Part shown: positions 48,404 through 58,559 of the stretch, one piece after another
Numbering within the stretch: the stretch's first letter is position 1
Layout of the letters: every line of letters begins with the position of its first letter
Assembly (NCBI GenBank): GCA_026710795.1
Contig: JAPOQK010000037.1
Span: forward strand, 37,514-101,513
Direction: 5' to 3'
Source of the DNA: Candidatus Poribacteria bacterium
GTDB taxonomy: Bacteria; Poribacteria; WGA-4E; WGA-3G
DNA length: 64,000 bases
Position numbers and translations under genes: made by a program
Notes under the pieces: generated by a model
Seen by the model: only the letters and a program-made list of their open reading frames with translations
The model's database searches: none
What the model was told of the DNA's origin: nothing

Positions 48404-49270
48404 TTAAATGTTGAACCAAGGTGACACCCAAATATACTTCACATTCAATGCCAAACGTAAGATCATTTTTATCGGCAATGAAAGCATTGATAAAAACAAA
48501 AATGAAACGATAACATATCGAATCATTCCAAGTTCTTGTAAAAATTTACTACTTTTACATTTCCAGATATAAAATATTGGTCCGAGTGCGAAATAACCTG
48601 CGACAATAGCAAAACCGAAGAAATTTGCAGTCATATCATCACGAATACCGAAGAGATACGACAAATTTACGTTTGTTAATGGAACGAGTTTATGTGGATC
48701 CCAATATTCCCATGGCATAAATATGTTCCAACCTGGTCCTCTCAAGAAAGTACCTACTATCATCAAAACTATCCATAGTATTATGAACCCGAAACTAAAC
48801 ACAGCAAGTGCAAACGGTCGTTCTTTGATTGTATAGTATCCCTTTCCTTTAGGGTTGATATCAATGTACGGAATAGCGATAAGACCAACGATTATAAGTC
48901 CGGGTAATACAACACCTGCTATCCACGGATCAAAGTAGACCAACATCTCTTGTAAGGCGAGAAAATACCAAGGAGCCTTGGATGGGTTCGGTGTTTTGGC
49001 GGGATCACTCATCTCCTCAAGTGGTGCATCAATCATAATTGACCAAACACCCAAAATCAACATGATGATAATTGCACAGATAAACTCATTGCGACATAGA
49101 TATGGCCACACGTAAACCTTATCATTCAACGCAGCATCGGATGGAACACCTGTTCGATCAGTTTGCCGTGCCTGCTTATATGACAACCAGATAAAGAAAG
49201 GTATTAAAAAAAGCATAGCCAAAATCGGAACATTATCGGGTTTCGTTATCAGCAGTAGTAAATTGTCCAT
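48404..49270 (-). CDS. Cytochrome b C-terminal part (subunit IV / PetD-like, extended)
   Basis: It has the PEWY-equivalent KAPWYFLALQEML plus additional helices. Confidence 0.7.
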   Translation of the reverse strand: MDNLLLLITKPDNVPILAMLFLIPFFIWLSYKQARQTDRTGVPSDAALNDKVYVWPYLCRNEFICAIIIMLILGVWSIMIDAPLEEMSDPAKTPNPSKAPWYFLALQEMLVYFDPWIAGVVLPGLIIVGLIAIPYIDINPKGKGYYTIKERPFALAVFSFGFIILWIVLMIVGTFLRGPGWNIFMPWEYWDPHKLVPLTNVNLSYLFGIRDDMTANFFGFAIVAGYFALGPIFYIWKCKSSKFLQELGMIRYVIVSFLFLSMLSLPIKMILRLALNVKYIWVSPWFNI

Positions 49271-49382
49271 ATCTAAATCCGTTCTCCTTCAAAAAGGGAT
49301 ATTACAATCTTCTAAAACTTATACCATGTGAGTAGTCTTACGTATATATATTACTGACAATACTATTTACATTTGCCATAGA

Positions 49383-50153
49383 TTATAGAGGTCCGGATAT
49401 TCCACCATCTTTACGAACACGCCAAAAATGTAGTGCCATCAACAGACTTGCTACCAAGGGGACAGCAATACAATGCAATATATAGAACCTTAACAACGTT
49501 GACGGTCCGACGATAGTACCTCCAAGCAATGCAAATCTGACATCGTTTGCTTGTGTAATGTCTGGAGGGGCAAATGGACCTTCATGTCCTAATACTGGTG
49601 TAGCACGTGCCATATTCGTTCCAACAGTTACTGCCCAATATGCCAATTGGTCCCATGGAAGCAAATAACCAGTGAAACTCAGAAAGAATGTGATTAGCAA
49701 TAAAATCACACCCACAGCCCAGTTGAACTCACGTGGTTTTTTGTATGAACCTGTCAAAAAAACCCTAAACATGTGGAGCATCACAGAAATTACCATACCG
49801 TGTGCAGCCCAACGGTGCATATTGCGTAGAAGCATCCCGAAGGGAATGTCAAATTCAAGTGCCTGTACATCTCGAAAAGCATATTCGGCAACAGGTCTAT
49901 AGTAGAACATGAGCAAAACCCCTGTGACGGCTGTCACAAGGAACATAAGGAAGGTAATACCACCCATACACCAAGTAAAACGGAAGTTTAAAGCGTGGCG
50001 AGAAATTCGGGGAGGGTGCAGGTGCAGCCACACGTTTTGCAAAACTTGTAATGTGTAACGGCGACCGGTTTTTTCGTATCCATGACGAAATATTGATTTC
50101 CAAATATCAGAATTTGTTATCTTATCTTTTAGCCCTTTATGTTCTTCGTTCAT
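49383..50153 (-). CDS. Cytochrome b6-like (N-terminal four-helix heme b part of a split cytochrome b)
   Basis: It has the His ligands in HRWAAHGMV and HMFRVF and four helices. Confidence 0.85.
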   Translation of the reverse strand: MNEEHKGLKDKITNSDIWKSIFRHGYEKTGRRYTLQVLQNVWLHLHPPRISRHALNFRFTWCMGGITFLMFLVTAVTGVLLMFYYRPVAEYAFRDVQALEFDIPFGMLLRNMHRWAAHGMVISVMLHMFRVFLTGSYKKPREFNWAVGVILLLITFFLSFTGYLLPWDQLAYWAVTVGTNMARATPVLGHEGPFAPPDITQANDVRFALLGGTIVGPSTLLRFYILHCIAVPLVASLLMALHFWRVRKDGGISGPL

Positions 50154-50213
50154 TATTATCCTTTTCAGTCCGATGACGCATTACATCTCATCAGACGCAA
50201 TCTTCCCCTTAAG

Positions 50214-50699
50214 TTAGACTTTTAAAGATGCACCAGGGTCACCCCATTGACCTTTTTCACCCAAAAACTTTACAGATTTATCAATTTGCAATTGACCATC
50301 CTCTGCCAAAGTTATCTTTACTCGTTCAAGAGGACGTGGTGCCGGACCTTCATAGTTGATACCGTCCCGGTCGAAACCGCTTCCGTGGCAGGGACATTTA
50401 AATTTATTTTCAGAGGAGAGCCAACGCGGGGTACATCCTAAGTGGGTACAGGTCGTAAGTAGTGCGTAAAATTCCCCATCTTCGCGTCGGACTATCCAAA
50501 CCCCAAAAGGTTCTTTTTTATATTTTTCGCTGACGCTACCCGAAGGATATTCTGCTGGAAAACCCGCTTTAAAGATAGATGACGGTTCATACAGAACACG
50601 TGGATATAAGTATCTAACTAAACCTGGTCCAAAACATAAACCAAGTGCAGCCGTGAAACTTCCCCAACCGAGTGCTGTGAAAAAATTTCGTCGAGACAA
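50214..50699 (-). CDS. Rieske [2Fe-2S] protein with Tat signal
   Basis: It has SRRNFF and CTHLGC...CPCHGS. Confidence 0.85.
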   Translation of the reverse strand: MSRRNFFTALGWGSFTAALGLCFGPGLVRYLYPRVLYEPSSIFKAGFPAEYPSGSVSEKYKKEPFGVWIVRREDGEFYALLTTCTHLGCTPRWLSSENKFKCPCHGSGFDRDGINYEGPAPRPLERVKITLAEDGQLQIDKSVKFLGEKGQWGDPGASLKV

Positions 50700-50800
50700 C
50701 GTTAATGCTCCCTATTTATGAAACACATAATTAGTTTTGCAAAAGTATATCACAGAAATAGATTCTTTGCATGAATTTTGACTGCTTAAAAATTGCATTA

Positions 50801-50816
50801 TCACGGATATCCGTGA
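50801..50816. promoter_or_regulatory. Perfect 16 bp palindrome TCACGGATATCCGTGA, about 100 bp upstream of the Rieske gene
   Basis: It is read directly from the sequence. It is the second copy of the motif seen at 44763..44778. Confidence 0.55.
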
Positions 50817-50930
50817 ATTTTAGCTCTTATATTTCAAGTGTAATTATCGTTTATTTATTCTTTCAACACTATAGGATAGTCCACGATATAATGAATAATA
50901 ATAAGTTTTGCTTCACCATACGTAACAGAA

Positions 50931-50950
50931 AATGGACGGGTAAAAACCCG
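50931..50950 (-). terminator. Intrinsic terminator of the upstream secreted-protein gene
   Basis: GGACGGGT-TTTT-ACCCGTCC is a perfect 8 bp stem. On the minus strand it is followed by AUUUUCUGUU, about 45 nt after the stop. Confidence 0.55.
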
Positions 50951-50994
50951 TCCTATATAGGTGTAATATAACAACTACAAAATACTTATGATGT

Positions 50995-53484
50995 TTACCG
51001 AATAATCTTAACATTGATAACAGGACTATCCTGTTGAAATGTCTTACCGTTGATGACTGCGGTTGCTCGGAATTTAACCTGATATGTCTTAGGTTCAAGA
51101 GAACTGATTGCTGCAAGATCTACCTCAATATCATTTTCGTTGATAGGTATCGTTGCTTCCGGTATAGTGATGCCTTCTGGCACTGTAATTGGCGTGATGG
51201 TAACGATATCGGTAAAACTTCCTCTCCGAACAATACTCATAGTCAGTTTAGCAGTTTTTGTAATCGGTTCAACCTTTTCTTCAGTTTCAGTCTGTGCATT
51301 CTCTGCTGGACTCGGATTTGAGACAGCAACAGTTTCACCTTCACCAGTAGCAGCTGCAGGTTCTGTTTCATTCGCTGGTTTTGGGAAAACAATACTAAAA
51401 CGTAATGGTTCTATAGTCACTATAAATGGTGCTTCAACAACTGTCAAAGGAATCACAGGAGATGACTCCGTATAGTTTTCTCGGTTTACAGTTGCAGAAC
51501 CGCTAACTGAGATAAAACTTGTACCGGGTGTTGGAACAACGGAAAATTGCTCTCGTCTTTCGACTGTTCCAGCTCTAAGTGAAATTACAGCACTATTTTG
51601 TCCAGCAGGTATTGTTGCTTTTCCACCTGTAATGCGTGCAGAAACACCTTGAATATTTAGAGCAATTGCTCCATTGAAGTCATCCCTTCTATCAGCGATT
51701 ACGTGAAAGTTGGTAGCTTTATTATGTACAACGTTTACATCAACATCCGCAAATGATAGTGTAAAAGGTGGTGTATCCAACACTGTCAAGAGAATACCTT
51801 TTGGAGATGCAGTTTCTTCTATTCGTTGTCCACCAACAGCACTAACGCCAACAATGGAAAATGGATGTAATCCAAGTTCTGCGTCTACAGGTGCAGTGAT
51901 AGTTAATAATGCCTGATTTTGACCAGCAAAGAGTATAGTAGGACTAACGACAAATCCTTTTGGAAGATCAGGAGAATAAAAACGAAGTGCTCCATTAAAT
52001 CCATCAATACGTGCAACTGATGCTGTCAACATTAGCGTGCCACCACGACTAATTCGGGGATTGTCAGCATTTACATTCAGTCTATATCCTTGTTTCAGCG
52101 GACGTATTGTAAGTCTATATGGAAAATTCGCACCTCCTGCACCATTTAGGTCGCGTACAGATATACCGTAATCACCCGCTTCAGGAAATGTAAACCCGAT
52201 CCGTGCATCGGTTCCACTCGCATCATCATTCACTCTTAAGACCTGTTCTTCAACGCTACCTTCTGCTTCACCCTTTTTATGTGAATAGATGGTTAACACA
52301 GGATCCAGTTCTGAACGAAACTGCCGCGCTTGAACATCTAAGACTAAACCTGTTCCTTTTTCTGCCTTAATTGAGAACCTATCTACATCACCGGCTTTTT
52401 CAATTCTACCATTTACAGTGATCGGAGTGCCGATTTTGTTTTCTTCTGCTAAAGTATCATTAGGTTCTTTTTCGTTCGTTTCGTTAAATTCCCCGATTGC
52501 AAACGGATATGGATTTGTCTCTAAACCGTTGGGTGTGCTGACTCGCAGTTCCTGAATTCCAAGTGATGCATCCGGCGAAATGTCCAACTGTATCGTATTG
52601 ACTGAACCTAAATTTGCACCAGCAACGTTGACATTGTTTGCAGCACCACGTTTCCCACCAAGTGGAAATACACTTTGAAGATAAGGCAATTCACCTATGT
52701 TTAGTCTATATGTGTAATTTCCACCACCTTGATAGCGAACATCACGCAGATAAAGTGTATATTCCCCTTGCATTTCGGTTGTATAATCAATAAATGAATC
52801 TAATCCATTTCCGTCCTGACTTTTCAATATCTCAGTCCCATTTGGATCATATAGAACGAGGTAGGTATCTAAAGGAGAGCCAATACGTTGTGCGTGTATG
52901 TCACATATAAGGCGCGCGCCCTTCCTTAGTTTAAAACGGAAGAAATCCACGTCATCTATAGATGCTACCGTACCATTAACAGTAACTGGTAACTCAAGCA
53001 TGTTTGCTACTTCTTTTGTGGTATTCGGTTCCTGTTCCTTAATCTCTGGTAGGTCACCAACAATGAAGTTTTGAGGATTGGAAACACCGTTTGGTGTGAT
53101 AAGTCGTATCTGGTGGTTGCCAAGTGGGGCATCAGGGGCAATTTCGAAGGAAAGAACTAACCGAGGATTGTTTGGAATGTTTGCTGAAATACCAGAACCT
53201 GTAACACGGACCATTGCTACGGGTGATTTTTGCTTAATTTCTGCCTTGATTCCTTCTTTACTGAACCATATCTCCGCACTTTCATTTATATTTTTTCCAT
53301 CTAAAGTGATTTCAATAGTTTGTCCGCGCTGTGCAGCGCGCGGTGATATTCCAGTCAATTGTGGGGCAACTTGGGCATGTGCTATGCTGAAAATTAGGAA
53401 GAGAAACATGACTGTCTGTATTAGAAACAGTTTAGAATATTTGTTGTCTATATTTGCATGCTTGATAAATAAAATCGCTGGCAT
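50995..53484 (-). CDS. Large secreted repeat protein (IPT/Ig-like plus PPC pre-peptidase-C-terminal-like domains)
   Basis: It has a signal peptide and repeated beta-sandwich units with D-x-D-x-F-x-F type motifs (SIDDVDFFRFKL, GDVDRFSIKA). Confidence 0.55.
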   Translation of the reverse strand: MPAILFIKHANIDNKYSKLFLIQTVMFLFLIFSIAHAQVAPQLTGISPRAAQRGQTIEITLDGKNINESAEIWFSKEGIKAEIKQKSPVAMVRVTGSGISANIPNNPRLVLSFEIAPDAPLGNHQIRLITPNGVSNPQNFIVGDLPEIKEQEPNTTKEVANMLELPVTVNGTVASIDDVDFFRFKLRKGARLICDIHAQRIGSPLDTYLVLYDPNGTEILKSQDGNGLDSFIDYTTEMQGEYTLYLRDVRYQGGGNYTYRLNIGELPYLQSVFPLGGKRGAANNVNVAGANLGSVNTIQLDISPDASLGIQELRVSTPNGLETNPYPFAIGEFNETNEKEPNDTLAEENKIGTPITVNGRIEKAGDVDRFSIKAEKGTGLVLDVQARQFRSELDPVLTIYSHKKGEAEGSVEEQVLRVNDDASGTDARIGFTFPEAGDYGISVRDLNGAGGANFPYRLTIRPLKQGYRLNVNADNPRISRGGTLMLTASVARIDGFNGALRFYSPDLPKGFVVSPTILFAGQNQALLTITAPVDAELGLHPFSIVGVSAVGGQRIEETASPKGILLTVLDTPPFTLSFADVDVNVVHNKATNFHVIADRRDDFNGAIALNIQGVSARITGGKATIPAGQNSAVISLRAGTVERREQFSVVPTPGTSFISVSGSATVNRENYTESSPVIPLTVVEAPFIVTIEPLRFSIVFPKPANETEPAAATGEGETVAVSNPSPAENAQTETEEKVEPITKTAKLTMSIVRRGSFTDIVTITPITVPEGITIPEATIPINENDIEVDLAAISSLEPKTYQVKFRATAVINGKTFQQDSPVINVKIIR

Positions 53485-53673
53485 TTCTCCATTACCTCTT
53501 GCAAAAGTGCAAATTTATACTACACAGAAGTATAACCAAGTCAAATTTTAACAATTAGTTTGATGTTTCGTGTTTAGTCAATGTAATCGGTAGAATCTCT
53601 ATTTCATATATTAGAAAACCTGCACCTGAACAACAATTATTGTCCAAGTACAGGTTTCAGAATGGAAGTTGAA

Positions 53674-55122
53674 TTAGAATATTCCAGTAATCACTTCACC
53701 TTTTACCAATTCACGTGGTTGGTCTAAGTGATTCATCACGATAGTGTGCGGATCAATACCAAGCGTATGGTAAATCGTAGCGAGTATATCTCGTGGATGC
53801 ACTGGCTTTTCAAGTGGTGTTGAACCTGTCGCATCGGATTTTCCGTAAACTTGTCCACCTTTTACTCCAGCACCGGCAATTAGACCTGTATAGCAATAGG
53901 GCCAATGGTCTCGTCCATCAGGAGCGTTACCATTACCAGATGTGCTAATACCCATACGGGGGGAACGTCCAAATTCACCAATAGCGAGCACAAGTGTTTC
54001 TTCTAACATGCCCTTCTGATCTAAATCTTCAAGCAATGAAGAAACGGCACTATCTAACTTAGGACAGTGTAGGTTTTTCAACGGTCCGAAGTTCGCAGCG
54101 TGGGTATCCCATGCTGTAGTATTTGGATTGCCGTTAGCGACAGAGGGCCAATTCACCTGTACGAAACGGGTACCAGCTTCTACCAATCGCCGCGCGAGCA
54201 GCGCACTCTGACCGAATGTATGACGACCATATTTGTCGCGCATTTCATCCGATTCCTGTGCCAAATCAAACGCTTTACGTGCCTTCTGCGACAGAATGAG
54301 ATTATATGCTTTTTCATAATATTCGTTCAGGGCATAGGAATCTGCTACCTTGTCAATTTCTGGCATGTTGGCGTTAATCGTTTCAAGAAGCGTTTTTCGA
54401 CGCTGTAACCGCATCGGTGGCACTTCTGGACGAAGTGATAGATCGTCAAGATTGATCTCTTTATTCGGATCCTGGAAGAGAAAATATGGGTCATACGCTC
54501 TACCAAGGAACCCAGCATTTCCACCTTTACCGATGATGCCACTCTCCTGCATTGGACGCGGAAGTTGCACTGCCGACAACATCGGTTCATCTGGTGGTCT
54601 GAACTTAGCGATATGTGCTGCAGCATTTGGATGATCTGCAGGTGAAGGTGGATCAAGTTGTCCTGAAGGAGCAACCTTGTCCGGTGTTTCTCCTGTAACC
54701 ATCTGATACATTGCAGCTGTGTGATTGAATAATCCAGCCGGCGTATAACTTACGGAACGGATAAGACATGCTTTGTCCATCTGTTGTGCCAAACGCGGCA
54801 TTGTTTCTGATAACTGAATACCCGGAACATTCGTTGGAATCGGATTAAACTCACCACGAATGTTTGACGGAGCATCAGGTTTTGGATCCCAGATATCAAT
54901 GTGACTCGGTCCACCTTGCAAGAAAAGAAGAATGACAGAATTGGCTTTGCCCCAACCGTTTAGAGGCTTCGCGGGGTCAACTGTCGTGCTTGCCTTGGCT
55001 TGGAGTGACAATACTTGTGGTAGGCTAATGCCCAGCATCGCCGCGCCACCCACGCGGAGAAATTCTCTACGTGAGAACCCATCACATAATCTTCCGGGTG
55101 CTTGTGGTAACGATATCATCAA
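53674..55122 (-). CDS. DUF1501 family protein (sulfatase-like fold) with Tat signal
   Basis: It has SRREFLRVGGAAMLG. It is the typical partner of the DUF1549/DUF1553 gene. Confidence 0.85.
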   Translation of the reverse strand: MMISLPQAPGRLCDGFSRREFLRVGGAAMLGISLPQVLSLQAKASTTVDPAKPLNGWGKANSVILLFLQGGPSHIDIWDPKPDAPSNIRGEFNPIPTNVPGIQLSETMPRLAQQMDKACLIRSVSYTPAGLFNHTAAMYQMVTGETPDKVAPSGQLDPPSPADHPNAAAHIAKFRPPDEPMLSAVQLPRPMQESGIIGKGGNAGFLGRAYDPYFLFQDPNKEINLDDLSLRPEVPPMRLQRRKTLLETINANMPEIDKVADSYALNEYYEKAYNLILSQKARKAFDLAQESDEMRDKYGRHTFGQSALLARRLVEAGTRFVQVNWPSVANGNPNTTAWDTHAANFGPLKNLHCPKLDSAVSSLLEDLDQKGMLEETLVLAIGEFGRSPRMGISTSGNGNAPDGRDHWPYCYTGLIAGAGVKGGQVYGKSDATGSTPLEKPVHPRDILATIYHTLGIDPHTIVMNHLDQPRELVKGEVITGIF

Positions 55123-55182
55123 TTATTTCCTCCATTTATTTGTAAGAACTTTCGATATGAAAGCACAAATTCGGTTTCGGGC

Positions 55183-57672
55183 TTATCGGTTGAATAAGAA
55201 CGCGGGACTATTGATGAGTGCCCACATTAAATCTTGCGCACCTTCTTCTTTCGATTCGGTACTTGCAAGGTATTCAACCGCTGTCTTATATTCGTTTTCC
55301 ATTGGTAACCGAGCAAAAGTTGCAAGATACATCTCTTCAATCATAACACGATCATCCGTGTTTTCTTTGATGAGTTTAGCAATTCGTCCGTTTGGATCAA
55401 TAATTGCATTCGCAACTGTCGGACCGTTGATAAGGTTCATCGCATGTGCGAGGCTAACTTCTGTTGTTCTTTCACATTCACAAGAACTTTCACGTTCTGG
55501 ACGACCAAATAATTTCAGAAATCCATCATCCTTCACTTTGCTATCCGGTAATTGAACAGCTCGGAAGTCTTTTGGTACACCTTGAAACTTCGGTTGGCTA
55601 CCGGTAGCAACACCGATCGCATCTAACAACTGTTCTGCTGTCAAACGTCGTGCGATAGCGTGTGAGAAATTAATTGCATCCTCTTTATTCCACTTGTTCG
55701 TCTTGATACTCTGTTGATATGTACGAGAGCGGGCAATTGTTTTCATGATATGTTTAATATCAAATCCGCTTTCAATAAAATCTTTTGTCAATGCATCAAG
55801 TAGTTCCGGATTGCTGGGTGGATTACTGGATCTGATATCATCAACAGGTTCAATGATACCACGTCCCATAAAGTAACTCCAAATACGATTCACACCCGCT
55901 TTTGCAAACATCGGATTCTCAGAGGATGTGAGCCATTCTGCAAGAGACTCGCGCTTATTGGTTAAATCTTCTTTTGTCTCACCAAACGGGACAGATGGTG
56001 GAACAACGGCTAATGTCCTCGGATGTTTTACAGGAGTAGGACTGAAACTGGCGTAGACAACTTCTTCACCCGGTAATCGACCGTTTTTCACTTTTACATC
56101 AGAGAAGAATGCACCAAATTCATAATATTGATTTTGAGTCCATACCTCAAATGGATGATCATGGCATTTGTTACATGAGAAACGAACACCAAGGAACAGT
56201 TGTGTTGTATTTTCCACTGCAGCGGTATATTCTCGAGAAACTCGAAAATAATTCGCAGCTGGATTTTGATACGCACTACCTGTTGCTGTTATCAAGTCAT
56301 GGACAAACTTGTCATAAGGACGATTTTCTGAGATTGACTCGTGTATCCACTGTTGGAAAAGCCACATGCCGCGTTCACCGAGGAATTTACGGTTTGACTG
56401 CAATAGGTCACCCCATTTATGTGTCCAATGGTCAACATATTCTGTGGTGGCTACCAATTCATCAATCAGTTTTTCACGTTTCTCCTTAGAGGGTGTTTCA
56501 TCCATAAGGAAACTACGCACCTTTTCAGGAGAAGGTGGGAGTCCTGTCATATCAAAGTAAATTCTACGAACAAACTCTTCATCTGTGCAGAGTTCTGAAG
56601 GTAAAATCTTCAAACGTTTCAGTTTGTTGTGGACATGTGTATCTATATAGTTGTATTCAGGAGTTTTCACCCATTCATACCCACTACGATCACCCATGAC
56701 AATGATACCGTTTGTGCTATACGCACCTTCATATCGGGTTAGGATAGCAGTTTCTCCACGACGTTCTGCAGTCACAACACCGTCATCCGTTACCTTAGCT
56801 ACCTCAATCATACTACTTGTGAATTTTGCTTCACGGGTGACATCACGTGTTGAACCATCGGGATAGTGGGCAATCACCAACAATTGCTGTTTAGTACCAG
56901 GCATGGATAATTCAGCAGAATCTGGAAATACCTCCAACCTTTCAACACGTTGTGTTTTTTCAACATCTGAGACTACACCTTCACTAATCCACTGATGAAT
57001 AAGATTATAATCACGCGAATCTGGCACAATCACCTGACCACCTTTATGAGGCACTTCAGATGTCGGTTTGAGCAACATAAGACTCTGATCTGGAAACGCA
57101 CGATTAAATCGTCGTCCAGTTATATCTTCAATCAAGAGTTCGTAGTCGAAATCTGGATCATAACCGCGTAGTGACAATTTAAAACCATTTTTTCCTTTTG
57201 CTGAACCATGGCACGTTCCATTATTACAACCCGCATGGCTTAGAATGGGCATAATATCACGCACAAAACTCACTGGTGGAGCATCCATACTTTTTACAGC
57301 AACCGGTAATTCAGTTGTGATACCTTTTACCGATACAACGATCTTTGTCGTGCCAACTGTCATTGGAAAAATATAACCATCTTCATGCAATTTAACACCT
57401 TCTGAAGCAGGTTTTAACTCTGCCCATGAAGTTACATCTACCCAATTTCCATCCTTAGTTTGTCCCGATACAAGCACACGTCGACCATCTCGCGCATGCT
57501 CCAACGTCAACGACTCAGGATGAGTCTTCAACGCTTTTATGACGGGCATTTCTACACTCGGCACATTCTCCTCCATCTGACTCCAACTTGATTGCTGAAA
57601 TACCAAACAGCAGGAGAAGACGACAAGGAGTGTTACAACCAAGTAATAACTGAGTTTCACATTAACCTCCAA
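55183..57672 (-). CDS. PSD1-type protein: Big_2 plus PSCyt2 plus DUF1549 plus DUF1553
   Basis: It has CNNGTCHGSAKGKNGFKLSLRGYDPDFDY (PSCyt2) and SCNKCHDHPFEVWTQNQYYEFGAFF (DUF1549). Confidence 0.85.
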   Translation of the reverse strand: MEVNVKLSYYLVVTLLVVFSCCLVFQQSSWSQMEENVPSVEMPVIKALKTHPESLTLEHARDGRRVLVSGQTKDGNWVDVTSWAELKPASEGVKLHEDGYIFPMTVGTTKIVVSVKGITTELPVAVKSMDAPPVSFVRDIMPILSHAGCNNGTCHGSAKGKNGFKLSLRGYDPDFDYELLIEDITGRRFNRAFPDQSLMLLKPTSEVPHKGGQVIVPDSRDYNLIHQWISEGVVSDVEKTQRVERLEVFPDSAELSMPGTKQQLLVIAHYPDGSTRDVTREAKFTSSMIEVAKVTDDGVVTAERRGETAILTRYEGAYSTNGIIVMGDRSGYEWVKTPEYNYIDTHVHNKLKRLKILPSELCTDEEFVRRIYFDMTGLPPSPEKVRSFLMDETPSKEKREKLIDELVATTEYVDHWTHKWGDLLQSNRKFLGERGMWLFQQWIHESISENRPYDKFVHDLITATGSAYQNPAANYFRVSREYTAAVENTTQLFLGVRFSCNKCHDHPFEVWTQNQYYEFGAFFSDVKVKNGRLPGEEVVYASFSPTPVKHPRTLAVVPPSVPFGETKEDLTNKRESLAEWLTSSENPMFAKAGVNRIWSYFMGRGIIEPVDDIRSSNPPSNPELLDALTKDFIESGFDIKHIMKTIARSRTYQQSIKTNKWNKEDAINFSHAIARRLTAEQLLDAIGVATGSQPKFQGVPKDFRAVQLPDSKVKDDGFLKLFGRPERESSCECERTTEVSLAHAMNLINGPTVANAIIDPNGRIAKLIKENTDDRVMIEEMYLATFARLPMENEYKTAVEYLASTESKEEGAQDLMWALINSPAFLFNR

Positions 57673-57737
57673 ATGTGGTATGAAACTTGTTCATGTGGTA
57701 GGACCACTAATTTATAAATTAACTTTGTTTTTCTCTC

Positions 57738-58556
57738 TTACCTCTGGTTTTTTAATTCACCCCACACTACTGGTAACTTACCGCGTGAGGAAACATCTGT
57801 AAATTCCGATTCACTCGCTAACCAATTAATTATGTTTTCAGTTACTTGTTCTAACTGGTCTTTACTTTTGTTGTTGTTATGGTAGTTCGGAAGCCGCCAA
57901 TTCATATTAAACACTTTTCCGTCGCCTGCTTTCCAATAGCCAAATGCCCCAATCCTGTCAGCATAGTTTGTTCCACCTTCCCATGCATGAGCAAGGGTAG
58001 TAAAATTTTTAGCAAGACTGTCGAAATAGTCTCCACTCTTAGGAAATCCCGTTGAATTTAATTGAACCCAATCATTAAGTTTAGGAGCGTTACCGTCAAC
58101 ATTCTCAAGTCCTTCAACCAAACCTAAATCAAGCGTTTCTTTTAAAACAATAATGCCAACGTTACTACCATCATCAAGTTGAGGACCAAAAGCACGTGGT
58201 TGAGCATCTTCAAGCCCCATCGGTGTGGCATAACTGAATGCCTTGCCAGTTAACAAGATTGCCCCTCCACTTTCAGCGTAGTCAAGCAGGGCATCAATTT
58301 CTGCACCGGACAAAGGTCCGGGATCGGAATCACCCTCATTCCACCACACAACTCCAAACTGTTTTAACTTTGCACTATTAATATCTTTTTTTGCCAATTG
58401 TGTTGTATTAAACGTATCTTTAGCAAACTCCAATGCAGGTTTTGTAAAAGGTCCGTTTTCTCCAAGATAGAGAAACCCCACTTCAATTTCAGTATTTCCT
58501 ATATTTAAACCACAAAATAAAATTATAGTCAAGCAAAATACAATTTTTTTAATCAT
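57738..58556 (-). CDS. Secreted hypothetical protein (possible GATase1/ThuA-like fold)
   Basis: It has a signal peptide. No catalytic motif is recognised. Confidence 0.45.
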   Translation of the reverse strand: MIKKIVFCLTIILFCGLNIGNTEIEVGFLYLGENGPFTKPALEFAKDTFNTTQLAKKDINSAKLKQFGVVWWNEGDSDPGPLSGAEIDALLDYAESGGAILLTGKAFSYATPMGLEDAQPRAFGPQLDDGSNVGIIVLKETLDLGLVEGLENVDGNAPKLNDWVQLNSTGFPKSGDYFDSLAKNFTTLAHAWEGGTNYADRIGAFGYWKAGDGKVFNMNWRLPNYHNNNKSKDQLEQVTENIINWLASESEFTDVSSRGKLPVVWGELKNQR

Positions 58557-58559
58557 TTA

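Noticed and set aside
50801-50816. The palindrome as a CRP/FNR-type site
   Set aside because: The half-sites are oriented TCAC...GTGA with a 4 bp centre. This does not match TGTGA-N6-TCACA or TTGAT-N4-ATCAA.
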